A stretch of DNA of 58,944 bases from Candidatus Bathyarchaeota archaeon (GTDB lineage: Archaea; Thermoproteota; Bathyarchaeia; Bathyarchaeales; Bathyarchaeaceae). Shown here piece by piece: positions 20,085 to 31,041 of this stretch. Below the pieces are notes generated by a model. That model worked only from the letters and a program-made list of their open reading frames with translations. It searched no databases and was not told the origin of the DNA. How positions within the stretch are numbered: the first letter of the stretch is position 1; every line of letters begins with the position of its first letter. A program made the position numbers and the translations under genes. The stretch covers positions 1 through 58,944 of the forward strand of contig JARRLY010000007.1 in NCBI GenBank assembly GCA_037386545.1, written 5' to 3'.

Positions 20085-20978
20085 TGCCCCGAGTGCGGAA
20101 GCAACCGCCTCATGAGAGACTACGAATGTGCCGAAATAGTTTGCATGAACTGCGGCGTAGTCGTAGCAGCCAAACTTGCCGACCAAGGACCGGAATGGAG
20201 AGCCTTTGACGACGAACAACGAGCTAAACGTGCTAGAGCAGGCGCCCCAGCTACATTTACAATCCACGACAAAGGCCTTTCAACCATGATCGATTGGCAC
20301 GACAGAGACGTTTATGGGAAAAGAATAGCTCCAGGACAAAAAGCCCAAATTTACAGGTTAAGAAAATGGCAACGACGAATCAGGGTTTCAGACGCAACTG
20401 AAAGGAACCTTGCGTTTGCACTTTCTGAAATTTCAAAAATTGCTAATAATCTTAATCTGCCAAAAAACATTCTTGAAACTGCTTCAGTGATTTACCGCAA
20501 AGCAGTTAAAGAACGCCTTATTCGAGGAAGATCGATTCAGGGTGTAACTGCTGCTGCCATTTATGTTGCTTGCAGGCAATGTGGAGTTGCCAGAACGTTA
20601 GATGAGATTGCTCAAGCATCTACAGTAAATAAGAAAGAGGTTGGACGAAGTTACCGTTTCTTGATAAAAGAACTTGACTATTTCATTCCACCGCTAAAAC
20701 CAAGTCAATATGTAACAAAGTTCTCAAATCAGTTAACCATGCAAGGCAAAGTAGAAGAAATTGCCCACAAAATTTTGGGAACCGCAAAAGAACTCAAACT
20801 CACATCAGGAAGAGGACCCACAGGAATAGCTGCCGCCGCAAGCTATATTGCATCAGTCTTAACTGGAGAAAGAAAAACCCAAAGAGAAATTGCAGAAATC
20901 GCCCAAGTAACAGAAGTAACCATAAGAAACCGTTACAAAGAACTAGTAGAACGATTAGAATTTGTTATTTACCTTTAA
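20085..20978 (+). CDS. tfb: transcription initiation factor TFB (start codon missing as assembled)
   Basis: Zn ribbon CPECGS...CMNCG begins at 20085, in frame with B-reader GPEWRAF, cyclin repeats and [13 protein letters not shown]. Confidence 0.95.
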   Translation, partial: CPECGSNRLMRDYECAEIVCMNCGVVVAAKLADQGPEWRAFDDEQRAKRARAGAPATFTIHDKGLSTMIDWHDRDVYGKRIAPGQKAQIYRLRKWQRRIRVSDATERNLAFALSEISKIANNLNLPKNILETASVIYRKAVKERLIRGRSIQGVTAAAIYVACRQCGVARTLDEIAQASTVNKKEVGRSYRFLIKELDYFIPPLKPSQYVTKFSNQLTMQGKVEEIAHKILGTAKELKLTSGRGPTGIAAAASYIASVLTGERKTQREIAEIAQVTEVTIRNRYKELVERLEFVIYL

Positions 20979-21154
20979 AAGATTCTAAAAATTCTACAGT
21001 TTTCGTTTCTTTTACAGGGATACACATTCACCATAACTCATTTTAAAATAAAAAGAAGTAAAAATCAGAAAAGAATTTTTCAAACAAGTGAAGAAAAAAA
21101 TAAATCTAAAACATTTTAAAGATTAGCATCAAGTATTAGTGAGGAATAACAGAA

Positions 21155-21553
21155 GTGCCGGCATGTCCTAAATGTGGAAATGAAACAAATGACCAAATCA
21201 AAACATGGTCCATGATTGGCATAGGTGAGGATAAAAGAAACGTGAAGTTAGGTTTTTTTGTTTGCTCGCAATGCGAAAAGAGGTTTTTAAGCACGATAAA
21301 AAAAGAAGAAACCAAAAGCAATTTTATTAGCGCAGTGAAAGAGATAAAAGGAGTTGAAAAGGAGTTATCAAATATGCTGGGGGACTTGAAAGAAAAAATC
21401 GAAAACCTAAAAACTGAAAGAACAGAACTTTTAGAGCAAATTGAAGAACTCAAAAGAATGGGTGAAACAAAAGCCACCATTCTAGAAGATGAAATTGCTT
21501 CACTGAAAGAAGAAGTAGAATCGCTAAAAGAATTGTTAGACGAAAACGAGTGA
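21155..21553 (+). CDS. Cren7-like Zn-ribbon domain plus coiled coil
   Basis: CPKC...KTWSM...VKLGFF.C..C.KRF resembles the Cren7 pattern (KVW...VKIGLF...GKYF), followed by heptad repeats. Confidence 0.55.
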   Translation: MPACPKCGNETNDQIKTWSMIGIGEDKRNVKLGFFVCSQCEKRFLSTIKKEETKSNFISAVKEIKGVEKELSNMLGDLKEKIENLKTERTELLEQIEELKRMGETKATILEDEIASLKEEVESLKELLDENE

Positions 21554-21593
21554 AACTTTCAAAAAAGGGTAAAATGCCACGGCAGATCAGCAA

Positions 21594-21860
21594 TTATTCT
21601 GAAGACATATTCTTACGGCGCGAATCAAGTAAGAGGCGTTTTTTAATCAAATCTTTAACCTCTTGGTGAAATTCAGGGTTAGTTTCCAATTTACGAAAAT
21701 CAGCAGCATATGTTTCAAAACCATCAGGAATTTCCAACTTCAGTGCTATGAAGGGTTTTCCCATCGCCATTTCAAATTGGCGTTTGGCTTCTTCATATTC
21801 TGATTCGGTTTTTACCCCGTTTTTTTCTATCCACTTTTTAACCAAATTGGTCACATCCAT
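21594..21860 (-). CDS. hypothetical protein
   Basis: 88 aa ORF overlapping the end of the upstream transporter gene. Confidence 0.65.
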   Translation of the reverse strand: MDVTNLVKKWIEKNGVKTESEYEEAKRQFEMAMGKPFIALKLEIPDGFETYAADFRKLETNPEFHQEVKDLIKKRLLLDSRRKNMSSE

Positions 21861-23122
21861 AAATTGAATCTTAGAACTAAATAAAAGCTTGCAAAACCCA
21901 GCTGAATAAGGGAAGTAATTACACCCACTTTAGTAAATTCTCCAAAACTCAAAGAAATTCCTTCACGTTTGAGGGCTCCCACACCCATCATTGTAACTGC
22001 ACCACTCAAAGGAGTTGTTGCACCTCCTAAATTAGTACCAAGAATAAGAGCAGACCAAATCACAGGAGAATTTAAACCTACAGTGGCACCAATCAAGGGC
22101 GAAAAAGTTAGAGCAATTGCAATATTACTCACAAAAGAGCTAGCAAGACCACTAACCCACAAAGTAGACATTGCAGCACCTAACTGAGTTTGACCAACTG
22201 TTGAAAAAAGTTGTTCAGAAAATTCTGCTAAAAGTTCAGTTTGTTCAAGACCCCCAACTACAAACATGAAACCTCCGATGAAAAATATTGTTTCCCAGTC
22301 TAACTTTTTGAAAATTTCAGCAGGGTCAGAACCACTGACGGCTAAAGCAAGAATAGCACAGCCCAAAGCAACGGCTTCAGCCCCGACACCTAAGTGTTCT
22401 AGAGTTAAAAATAGAACTACCAAAAGCCCTAAAATGAAAATGGAACGATAAAACAGTTTTTTGTCGTCGATACTCTCCCAAGGATTGTATTCAGGCAACT
22501 CTTTTTTCTGACCCAACCGTTTTCGAAACAGCAAATACAGAGCAAAAATGGTTATGCCCCATAAAGCAATTTCACAAATTCCTAAGTACCCAATAAACTC
22601 GGTAAATCCGATTCCAGCGTCAACACCAATAATCATGTTGGACACAGAACCAATTAGAGTACTCGTTCCACCCAGATTTATCATTATAATAGCGGAAATG
22701 AAGTAAGGTACTGGATCATACCGCAAAAGCTTGGTTATGGTTGCTATTGCAGCAGCGATAAGTAACATTGCAGTTGGGTCACTTAGAAACACAGACACAA
22801 GAGCGGCAGTAACACAAACTGAAACAAACAAAAGATTCGGATTACCTCCCGAAATCTTTACTGCATACAAGGCTCCAAAACGAAACAGCCCGCTTCGTTC
22901 AGCAACTTCAACTACAATCATGACACCCATTAGCAAAAAGATTGTTTGCATGTCGATAAATCCTAGGGCTTGGTCATAGCCAAATACTTCATAGGCTAGA
23001 CCGAACCATGCAGCAAGAAGTGCTCCAATCAGTGCAGCAACTGACATAGGAACAACTTTAGTGGCTGAAAGAAGAATGGTCAGCAAATAAACTAGGATGA
23101 AAATTATTTGAATTTCGTCCAA
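21851..23122 (-). CDS. ArsB/NhaD (ion transporter superfamily) permease
   Basis: About 12 TM helices; AERSGLF, NLGGTSTLIG..SN, DWETIFF, GTNLGGATTP. Confidence 0.85.
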   Translation of the reverse strand: MDEIQIIFILVYLLTILLSATKVVPMSVAALIGALLAAWFGLAYEVFGYDQALGFIDMQTIFLLMGVMIVVEVAERSGLFRFGALYAVKISGGNPNLLFVSVCVTAALVSVFLSDPTAMLLIAAAIATITKLLRYDPVPYFISAIIMINLGGTSTLIGSVSNMIIGVDAGIGFTEFIGYLGICEIALWGITIFALYLLFRKRLGQKKELPEYNPWESIDDKKLFYRSIFILGLLVVLFLTLEHLGVGAEAVALGCAILALAVSGSDPAEIFKKLDWETIFFIGGFMFVVGGLEQTELLAEFSEQLFSTVGQTQLGAAMSTLWVSGLASSFVSNIAIALTFSPLIGATVGLNSPVIWSALILGTNLGGATTPLSGAVTMMGVGALKREGISLSFGEFTKVGVITSLIQLGFASFYLVLRFNLWM

Positions 23123-23124
23123 TT

Positions 23125-23670
23125 TTAGTCCCTGTTTTTCCTTCGGTCAGTCATTTTTGCAAGGCTGTCTGCCATAGACTCAGCTTTTCGTTCAACTATA
23201 CGGTATAAAATTCTCCCAATGTCGTAAATTAATATTAGAATTATTGCAAGGGCAACATAAATTGTGGCGGCAGCTACGGGATTTTCAATAGCGGGGTCAA
23301 GGGTGGATATTAAAGGTTGAACAGCAGTAGTAACAAGAATTACAACAATGACATACATCAAATCTCTAACTGCTCGTTTAGGGGAACGTTCTTCTTTAAT
23401 TCCTAAACGTTTGATGAATATGTCAGTTACAACATCACTTAGAACCAAAGCATCAGATAATGCACGTATCAAAAATATTGCAGTAAAAATTAGGGATATC
23501 ACTCCAATTAATGTTCCAGCATTCATACCAAGACCAGGAAGAGTAATTTCTGCCATTGTACCAGGAACAAAAGTGTTTATCAAATAGAAGATAAATGCCA
23601 TTACAAGACTCATCGTCAACCGTGGAAAACGGTTTCGAACTTCTTCACTAATGGGTTTTTTATCAACCAA
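23125..23670 (-). CDS. 4-TM membrane protein
   Basis: Four hydrophobic segments; co-oriented with and 2 nt from the permease. Confidence 0.7.
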   Translation of the reverse strand: MVDKKPISEEVRNRFPRLTMSLVMAFIFYLINTFVPGTMAEITLPGLGMNAGTLIGVISLIFTAIFLIRALSDALVLSDVVTDIFIKRLGIKEERSPKRAVRDLMYVIVVILVTTAVQPLISTLDPAIENPVAAATIYVALAIILILIYDIGRILYRIVERKAESMADSLAKMTDRRKNRD

Positions 23671-24026
23671 TCAAGATACCCCTAGGAACTTGATTATTTT
23701 GAAAAACCACAAATATTAACACTCCGGATTCCAAATACATAAAACTAGAAATTATTCAATTAAAAATTAAAAAGATTCCAAAAAATAGGACAAAACTGCA
23801 GAGCCCATAACAAATTTGTAATAATTATCGAAATTTTGTGTTGAAAAAATTGACGGTTTTAGTTAAAAAATATAGTATAACAAAACTGGTTTTGTATAGT
23901 TCACTGAAATTTTTTGACATTAAAACGGTAGATATTGGATGTTTTTGCTAATTTATTAGTGTTAAAGCTTTTGTGCTAGAAAGCAGTAACAATGTTCTTA
24001 ATATTTAAAATCCAACGTGGTTCACC

Positions 24027-24279
24027 GTGGAACAAAAAGAATTGAAACAAATGGCCATTATCTTGCGACAACTAGGGTTAAGTTATTCAGAAACTGTTGA
24101 AGTAGTACATGAAATGTCTAAAGACGTAAAGAGTGCCCAGAATCTTTGGCGTGGCTGTGTTAGTTGCTGGACTTGCTCAAAAGAAAATTAAAGACTCAGC
24201 ATTATACGTAGAAGATGTTTTCAAAACATGCAAAGACTTAAACAAAGACATAATGAAAATTAGGGACTTTAAATCCTAA
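24027..24279 (+). pseudogene. frameshifted small hypothetical protein
   Basis: GTG start MEQKELKQMAII...AQNLWRG, then protein-like AVLVAGLAQKKIKDSALYVEDVFK...DFKS* continues in another frame after about 24153. Confidence 0.45.
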
Positions 24280-24304
24280 ATTTTTCTTTTTAAAAAGAAA
24301 AAAC

Positions 24305-25513
24305 TCAAGAATCCAGTTTTTTGTCAGGAACTAATTCTTTTAGTTTTTCTTCAGGTGCGCCCAAACAGTATAAAATTCCAGTAAGGTTTTCTTTAGTTAT
24401 AATTCCAGAAGCCACTTTTTGAAGAACTGCCTTAGGATAAAGAGCAATTCCCAATCCAGAATTTTGAAGCATAAACCTATCGTTTGCTCCATCACCCACA
24501 GCAACAACTTGCTCCATTAACAAGTTCTCTTTTTTAGCAATTTCTTGCATTAATTCTGCTTTTCGTTCAGCGTCAATTATTGGCTCAATTACTTCACCGG
24601 TTAATTTTCCATCTTCTATTACAAGTTGATTAGCGTAAACATAATCAATTCCAAGTTTTTCTTGGATTTTTTCAACAAACTGAGTAAATCCTCCAGAAAT
24701 TAAAGCTATCTTGTAACCCAAAGCTTTTAGGGCAATTATCAATTCTTCAGCTCCAGCAGTTACATCCAAGTTTTCAACAATAGAATCGAGAACTTTAACA
24801 GGTAAACCTTTCAACAATCTAACTCGTTCTCGTAGTGCTTGCTTAAAATCAATTTCTCCGTTCATGGCTCGGGAAGTAATTTCACTTACTTTTCCTCCTA
24901 CACCTGCAGCATTTGCCAACTCGTCAATAACTTCTGCATCGATCAAAGTTCCGTCCACATCAAAAACAATCAATCGTTTGGGTTTTCGAAAAACTGTATC
25001 TTTTTGAAATACAACATCTTGCCCAACTAGCTTGCATTCTTTGCTTAATGATTCTTTGAAATTGTGAACTGGAATCTTAAGGTCATTTATGTCAACAAGC
25101 ATTTCCATGGCGTTTAATTCGCCATAGGCAATCATACGAATGCGTTCGATATTGGCGTTGTTTTCTGAAAGAAAACGGGAAACTTTGGCAACTATTCCAG
25201 GTTGGTCTTTTCCCAAGGTGGTTAGTAGCACAAGTTTTTTGCCAGTTTTTCGGGTTCCAGCAGGAAGAGGTTCGATGTTAACATCTAAACCCACATTTTT
25301 ACCCATTGTCATAAGTTTACTTTTGAGTTCTTCAAAAGAAACTGACATACAACGACAATCAACTATCATAAAGATTGCAAACAGTCCTCTCATGCTGAAG
25401 GCTTCTATGTCGACTATGTTTCCTTTGGAGTTAGCAATCAATTCGGTTATTTCTGTTATCAAACCTGGTTTATCGTTTCCAGTTGCAGTAATCATGACAA
25501 AGGGTTTAGACAT
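24305..25513 (-). CDS. serB: phosphoserine phosphatase SerB with two ACT domains
   Basis: Two G.D.PG ACT motifs, FDVDGTL, SGGF, GDGAND. Confidence 0.93.
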   Translation of the reverse strand: MSKPFVMITATGNDKPGLITEITELIANSKGNIVDIEAFSMRGLFAIFMIVDCRCMSVSFEELKSKLMTMGKNVGLDVNIEPLPAGTRKTGKKLVLLTTLGKDQPGIVAKVSRFLSENNANIERIRMIAYGELNAMEMLVDINDLKIPVHNFKESLSKECKLVGQDVVFQKDTVFRKPKRLIVFDVDGTLIDAEVIDELANAAGVGGKVSEITSRAMNGEIDFKQALRERVRLLKGLPVKVLDSIVENLDVTAGAEELIIALKALGYKIALISGGFTQFVEKIQEKLGIDYVYANQLVIEDGKLTGEVIEPIIDAERKAELMQEIAKKENLLMEQVVAVGDGANDRFMLQNSGLGIALYPKAVLQKVASGIITKENLTGILYCLGAPEEKLKELVPDKKLDS

Positions 25514-25799
25514 CTATTGTTCCTCTCAGAAAATGTATATTCTGAATCAGCGAATAGACTCATTATTCAGTTAATAAAAATATAGCTTTTAGCATCATCA
25601 GCAATACTGTACAAATTACCTGAAGGCTCACCAACTTAAACAACAAATATCAGAAAAGAATCAAGTATAATTAACCAAGGTACTACAGTCTTGCTTCTAA
25701 TTAGACATGTTCTGGTAAAAACGTAAAAAATAGCTTCAAATTTAAGCTAATAGTACAAACTGTTAAAAATTAAACAGATGTAGTAGTTACCACAAAATT

Positions 25800-25819
25800 T
25801 CATGAGAAAAAGCTCATGA
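25800..25819. promoter_or_regulatory. inverted repeat (candidate operator)
   Basis: TCATGAG-N6-CTCATGA in the divergent serB / NapH-like intergenic region. Confidence 0.35.
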
Positions 25820-25923
25820 CATTAACTAGTCTACAAATGCACAGCAAAAAAATCTATAGAGTTTCATATGCTCAAATATTATTCAAAACATAATAAAATA
25901 AAGCGCAATAACTGGGTGAAAAA

Positions 25924-26904
25924 ATGTCAACGGAATTAGCGGCAGAATTGTTGAAATTAACGGCGATTGCAGGATTAGCCATCGCAGCAACACTTACCAT
26001 AATGATATGGAAAAAGGGCAGAACATCAAAAGTTACTTACATCAAGTTTGTCATTCAAGTTTTATCGTTAGTTGGAACGTTTTACTTATTTTCATACCCG
26101 ATAAGACCACTATACATAGCATTAGTTATTTTGTTAATGCCCATAATTTTAGGCAGATTCTTTTGTGGATGGCTTTGCCCGTTTGGGCTAGTTATGGACG
26201 TAATTACCGTAATCCGAAAAGCTGCCAAAATACGTTACAGAATAATCCCCGATAGACTCAACAAAATGTTTCACAATCTCAGATATGTGCTCATAATTGG
26301 TTTTCTGATTCTCGCTGTTGTATTCAGCATAATGGAACCTCCATCAACAGGGAACGTTTTAACCATTAGAATGATGCATTTTGCAGGTGCATTTGAACAC
26401 TTGGGAATTTTACTCAGTCCATTGAATCCAATAATTGTGCCGTGGACAGGTCCCCTTGAAATCGGTGGAATATACTTTAGTTACCCATACATACAAGAGG
26501 TAATCAAATACACAGGAGATAACTTTGCCACAGTTAGCGCATTAGCATTTTTGGTTTTAACAGTTGTAGCTTCATTTTTTGTGAGACGATTTTGGTGCAG
26601 ATTCTGCCCAACAGGAGCCTCAATTGCGGTACTAAACAAGATTAAAGGTTTCAAATGGGCTCCAGTGTTTCATCTAGATAAGAACGAAGAAAAATGTACC
26701 AAGTGTGGAATTTGCAAAAGAGTCTGTCCAGTTCAAGTAACTGAAATTTATGAACAAAAGGGAGGAAAAATCATGACATCTATGTGCATGTTATGTGCAA
26801 GATGTGTAGAAATGTGCCCTTACGAGGACTGTTTGAAAATAAAATTTGGCAAAAAAACAATAATCAAATCCCGTAACTGGTTAGAACCATCAGACCTTGA
26901 ATGA
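25924..26904 (+). CDS. NapH/MauN-like membrane polyferredoxin
   Basis: TM helices, GRFFCGWLCP, RFWCRFCP, two CxxCxxCxxxCP motifs. Confidence 0.88.
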   Translation: MSTELAAELLKLTAIAGLAIAATLTIMIWKKGRTSKVTYIKFVIQVLSLVGTFYLFSYPIRPLYIALVILLMPIILGRFFCGWLCPFGLVMDVITVIRKAAKIRYRIIPDRLNKMFHNLRYVLIIGFLILAVVFSIMEPPSTGNVLTIRMMHFAGAFEHLGILLSPLNPIIVPWTGPLEIGGIYFSYPYIQEVIKYTGDNFATVSALAFLVLTVVASFFVRRFWCRFCPTGASIAVLNKIKGFKWAPVFHLDKNEEKCTKCGICKRVCPVQVTEIYEQKGGKIMTSMCMLCARCVEMCPYEDCLKIKFGKKTIIKSRNWLEPSDLE

Positions 26905-27005
26905 AAAATAGTAGGTAGTGTTTACGCAAAAAACAGGCAATTATAGTTTAGGGAATGGAACCAAACTTTTAAGCAATAACACTGAATTAATACTCAAAAT
27001 AAAAT

Positions 27006-29879
27006 ATGCATTTTGCTATTCTGGTTGGTGGAATTGTTTTGGGTTTTAAATTAACTAAAATGAAAACGTTTTTGCTAGCAGACTTGGTCCTTCTGGCTTT
27101 TGTAATTCCAGGTTACTTTTATTTCAGTTCTCAGGTGTCAAATCCTCCGGAGTTTCAGGTAACAAACTTGAGTCTTGATTTTGATTGGATTCAAGTTGGA
27201 GATTCAGCAACAATAACAGCTGATGTGAAAAATGTTGGAGACGTAAGCGGCAATTATTCTGTTGTTTTGATAATTGATGATGTTGCAGTGGAATCAAAAG
27301 ATGTGCAACTCGCTGGGGGAGAAACAAAAATGGTTTTGTTCACCAGAACTGAGCAAATAGAAGGAACATACACGGTAACCATAGATGATTTGACAAAAAC
27401 GCTCAAGGTAACAACAGAAAAACCAACCAAACAAGCATCCCTACAAATAAATGAAATAGTAACTAGTCGACAAGAAGTAGGAATCGGAGAACAAATAACA
27501 GTTTCAGTTACCTCAACTAACATTGGAGACGTTACTGGAGAGTTCTCCCTCGAACTTTATGTAAACAACGCAAAACAAGAAACTAAAAGCATTATGTTAG
27601 CAGGAGGAGAAACCACAACAACATTTTTTGAGTTCTCTAAAAGCAAAGAAGGAGAATATGTTGTAAAAGTTGAAGATACAACTGCTACATTTACTGTTAG
27701 TGCTGATGCACCACCAGCAGAGCCTGCAATGTTTATAGAATCGGATTTAACAATTAATCCTTCATTGGTTACAGATAACGAAATTGTAAAAATTTCTGCT
27801 AAAATAAATAATATTGGAGAAACAACTGGTGATTATACAGTTAATCTGAAAATTGATGGAATACCAGAAGATTCAGTTACTGTTAATTTGCCAGGTCAAT
27901 CATCTAAAATCGTATCATTTGAAGTTACAAAGACAATCTCAGGCACATATACTGTTGAGGTAAACGGTTTGTCAGATTCATTTACTGTCGAAGGTTTAAC
28001 TCCTGCATCTGAAAACACATACATTCACGGATTAACGGTTTCACCCTATGAAGTCTGGGGAGGTGAAACAGTTACTGTCAGAGCTAAAGCAGATAATCTT
28101 GTAAATGAACAAAGCACACTTCATTTGAGAATCAAAATCGAAGGACAAGGCGAAACAATCCAGACATACACATTAGCAGCAGGTGCAACAGATGTACCTA
28201 TTGAGTTTACAGTTACAGCACCAGATGAAGCAGTAGAAGGAGAAACAACAGGTTACAAAGTTGAATTGGTGAATGTTGCAAATCAAACTAACAAATTGAC
28301 TGGATATTTCCAAGTTGCCCCTGATGGATACCATACCATCTCGATTAACAGGTCGGGTGGAGGTAGCACCCCAATGATATTTACCTTTGATGGGGAAACA
28401 CTTGAGTCCCCATATTCTGCACTGTTACCAGTAGGGGATTATGAAATTAGTACAGATGAAATCGTTGAACTTGAACATGGAGTAGTTGAGTTTGACCACT
28501 GGAACGATGGTGTAACAGATGAAAGTAGAACCATTACATTAGACAGGCACCTGTCGGTATTAGCAAACTATATTGTAATCAGTGGATATGCATCTTGTCC
28601 TTCGCTGTATTTCTGGAATGGAAACGATTACACGTACACTACAGAAGTTTCAAACGCAGGTTGGTTAGGATATATTGACTACATCACAGATGATGGCGAC
28701 ATAGTGTTTGGCGGAGGCAACCCATGGGATCATGTGAAACTGGATCAAGCTGAGTTAGCAACAAAAACTGACACAGAAGGAGAATATTTTGACTTAGTTC
28801 TGTTCCAACAATGGAATGAAATATTCTATTTTGACAGCGCATACATGGTGGTTGTTGACCACCCCAACGACACCGAGGTTTACTCCACAATGGTAAATTA
28901 TGTTAACAAAGGCTCTTACAACGAGGTGTACACAATTGACCCTGACAACTTGTTAACACCAGTTTCAGCAGTAACCCAAGATGGAGAAGATGTCCTAGAC
29001 ATAATATCAGAACTTGACAGCATATTCACACCATCAACCAACGGGGTTGACAGCCAATCATGGGACAACATAACATACAACCAATTAACAATAGACTTGG
29101 GCGATTTATCTGACGCAGAAGAAATCAAACTAGTAATCAACGGAATGGTTGACTGGGGGCCAGCACAACCATACTACGACTGGATAGAGCAATTCAAAGA
29201 AGCAGCCGCTCAAGGATTAGTAGAAAATGGCACACAAATTAACCCACCAGCATACATGGAAGTTATGGACCCAGAAGGCAACTGGATACAAGTTTCCCAA
29301 GACAGACAAATGCCAATTCCAGGGGATTATGTTGCCCGAAGTTTTGCTGTAGATTTGAATGGGCTGTTCGCAGAAGACACAACAGAATACAAGATTAGAA
29401 TAACTAACTTCTGGAACGTAACCTTTGATTACATTGGAATCGACATAAGCAAACAAGAAAACATTAAAGTCACAGAAATTATGCCCCTAGCAACCCTTGA
29501 ACCATTAGAATACGCATTAACAACCACAAATGCTTCAGGAAACTTCACAAAATACGGTGATGTAACCGAATTGCTTATCGAAACAGATGACAAATACGTT
29601 ATTGGATTGCAAGCAGACACAATTTACCTAAAGTTCTATACTGCAGAAATTCCAGAACTTGAAGAAGGAATGAACAGAAGCTACTTCTTGTTTGTAGCAT
29701 CATGGTTCAAAGACCACTACGGAAACTGGGGGTACGAATTTGATTTCACAGTAGAACCATTACCCTTCCGAGCCATGAGTGGCTTCCCGTATCCAGACAC
29801 CGAACAATATCCAATGACAAAAGAAGAATATGAACAATACTTCAGCGAATGGAACACTAGAGTAGTAAACGTACCATAA
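27006..29879 (+). CDS. membrane-anchored surface protein with about four CARDB/Ig-like repeats and a large C-terminal domain starting SCP
   Basis: N-terminal TM; repeated I.A.V.N.G...G.Y...L.I units; SCPSLYFWNG opens an acidic C-terminal domain. The true start may be a few codons downstream. Confidence 0.8.
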   Translation: MHFAILVGGIVLGFKLTKMKTFLLADLVLLAFVIPGYFYFSSQVSNPPEFQVTNLSLDFDWIQVGDSATITADVKNVGDVSGNYSVVLIIDDVAVESKDVQLAGGETKMVLFTRTEQIEGTYTVTIDDLTKTLKVTTEKPTKQASLQINEIVTSRQEVGIGEQITVSVTSTNIGDVTGEFSLELYVNNAKQETKSIMLAGGETTTTFFEFSKSKEGEYVVKVEDTTATFTVSADAPPAEPAMFIESDLTINPSLVTDNEIVKISAKINNIGETTGDYTVNLKIDGIPEDSVTVNLPGQSSKIVSFEVTKTISGTYTVEVNGLSDSFTVEGLTPASENTYIHGLTVSPYEVWGGETVTVRAKADNLVNEQSTLHLRIKIEGQGETIQTYTLAAGATDVPIEFTVTAPDEAVEGETTGYKVELVNVANQTNKLTGYFQVAPDGYHTISINRSGGGSTPMIFTFDGETLESPYSALLPVGDYEISTDEIVELEHGVVEFDHWNDGVTDESRTITLDRHLSVLANYIVISGYASCPSLYFWNGNDYTYTTEVSNAGWLGYIDYITDDGDIVFGGGNPWDHVKLDQAELATKTDTEGEYFDLVLFQQWNEIFYFDSAYMVVVDHPNDTEVYSTMVNYVNKGSYNEVYTIDPDNLLTPVSAVTQDGEDVLDIISELDSIFTPSTNGVDSQSWDNITYNQLTIDLGDLSDAEEIKLVINGMVDWGPAQPYYDWIEQFKEAAAQGLVENGTQINPPAYMEVMDPEGNWIQVSQDRQMPIPGDYVARSFAVDLNGLFAEDTTEYKIRITNFWNVTFDYIGIDISKQENIKVTEIMPLATLEPLEYALTTTNASGNFTKYGDVTELLIETDDKYVIGLQADTIYLKFYTAEIPELEEGMNRSYFLFVASWFKDHYGNWGYEFDFTVEPLPFRAMSGFPYPDTEQYPMTKEEYEQYFSEWNTRVVNVP

Positions 29880-29915
29880 CCAACAATAAAAAAATAAAAA
29901 CATAAAAGGGAAAAA

Positions 29916-31040
29916 TTAAGTTCGGTTTGCTGCTTTTTCTAGAGCAGCAACTCCGGGCAACTCATTTCCCATGAGGAACTCTATCAAAGCTCCACCTGCA
30001 GTGCTGATGTAGGAAATCTTGTCTGCAAGACCCAATTTTTCAACAGCAGCAATAGTGTGACCACCACCAATAAGGGTGAAACCTTCACAGTCGGCCACGG
30101 CTTGAAGAACAATCTCAGAGCCCCTCCTAAATTCAGGATTCTCAAAGACACCCACAGGACCGCTAACAACAACTGTTTTTGCCTTCCGGATTATTTCTCC
30201 AAACTTTTTTGCAGTTTCCGTTCCAATATCAAACAGAGGAGTGTCAATTGGAAGGTCACTCACAGCTAATTCCTGACGCTTTTTGTTTACTGCAGTTGCC
30301 ACGTCAACAGGAACAACCACAGCTCTAGGATATTCTGCCATAAGCTTTTGTATTCCAGGAACCAGCCCCATAAGCTCCTTCTTTTCAAGGAATTTTATGT
30401 TGCCTTCACCCAAGTTTACGCCATTTGCTACCAGAAAAATATGAGAGATTACTCCACCAGTTAAGATTTTGTTTGCGATGCCATGGTTTAGCACATAACT
30501 AGATATGTCAAGAGAATCGTCGCCTTTTGCACCACCAATCATGAACACTGATGGTTTTTCGGGGTTGTCCAAAACTTTGCCTAAGGCTTTGAGTTCTTTT
30601 TCCATTATTCTGCCAGCAACACTAGGCAAAACAGGCGTGAAACCAATTATAGTAACTTGAGCGCGGTGAGCAGCAGCAAAAGCGTCGTTAACAAACACGT
30701 CAACCAAAGGAGCTAAAGTCTTCACTATGTCTGTTTTAGCCTGCTCTTCAGGAGTACCTTTTTTTAGTTCAGAAGGAATTCCACGAACATTACCAAGAAC
30801 AAGAACCTCTCCCCTTTTTAACGATTTGATTGCATTTTGGGCTTCTTCGCCCAAAACATCATCTACGTACTTCACAGGCAAATTCAAGGCTTTGCCAAGA
30901 AGTTCTGCATGCTGATTAAGAGAAATGAAATCAGCATCTCCAGGTCTGCCTTGATGGGCTAAAATTACTGTTTTTGCCCCTTTTTCGATTAATTCTTTGA
31001 TTGTTGTGTGTGCATGGGCACGAATTCGTTTGTCGTTAAT
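29916..31040 (-). pseudogene. pgk: phosphoglycerate kinase, N-terminus missing as assembled
   Basis: Reading frame extends upstream to INDKRIRAH...ILAHQGRPG; NDAFAAAHR, IGGAK, STAGGA present. RVDxNxP and a start codon are absent. Confidence 0.9.
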
Positions 31041-31041
31041 G

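Noticed and set aside
27140..28320. Repeated units as a possible DNA repeat array
   Set aside because: The similarity is at protein level only (CARDB domains); there are no identical nucleotide repeats or spacers.
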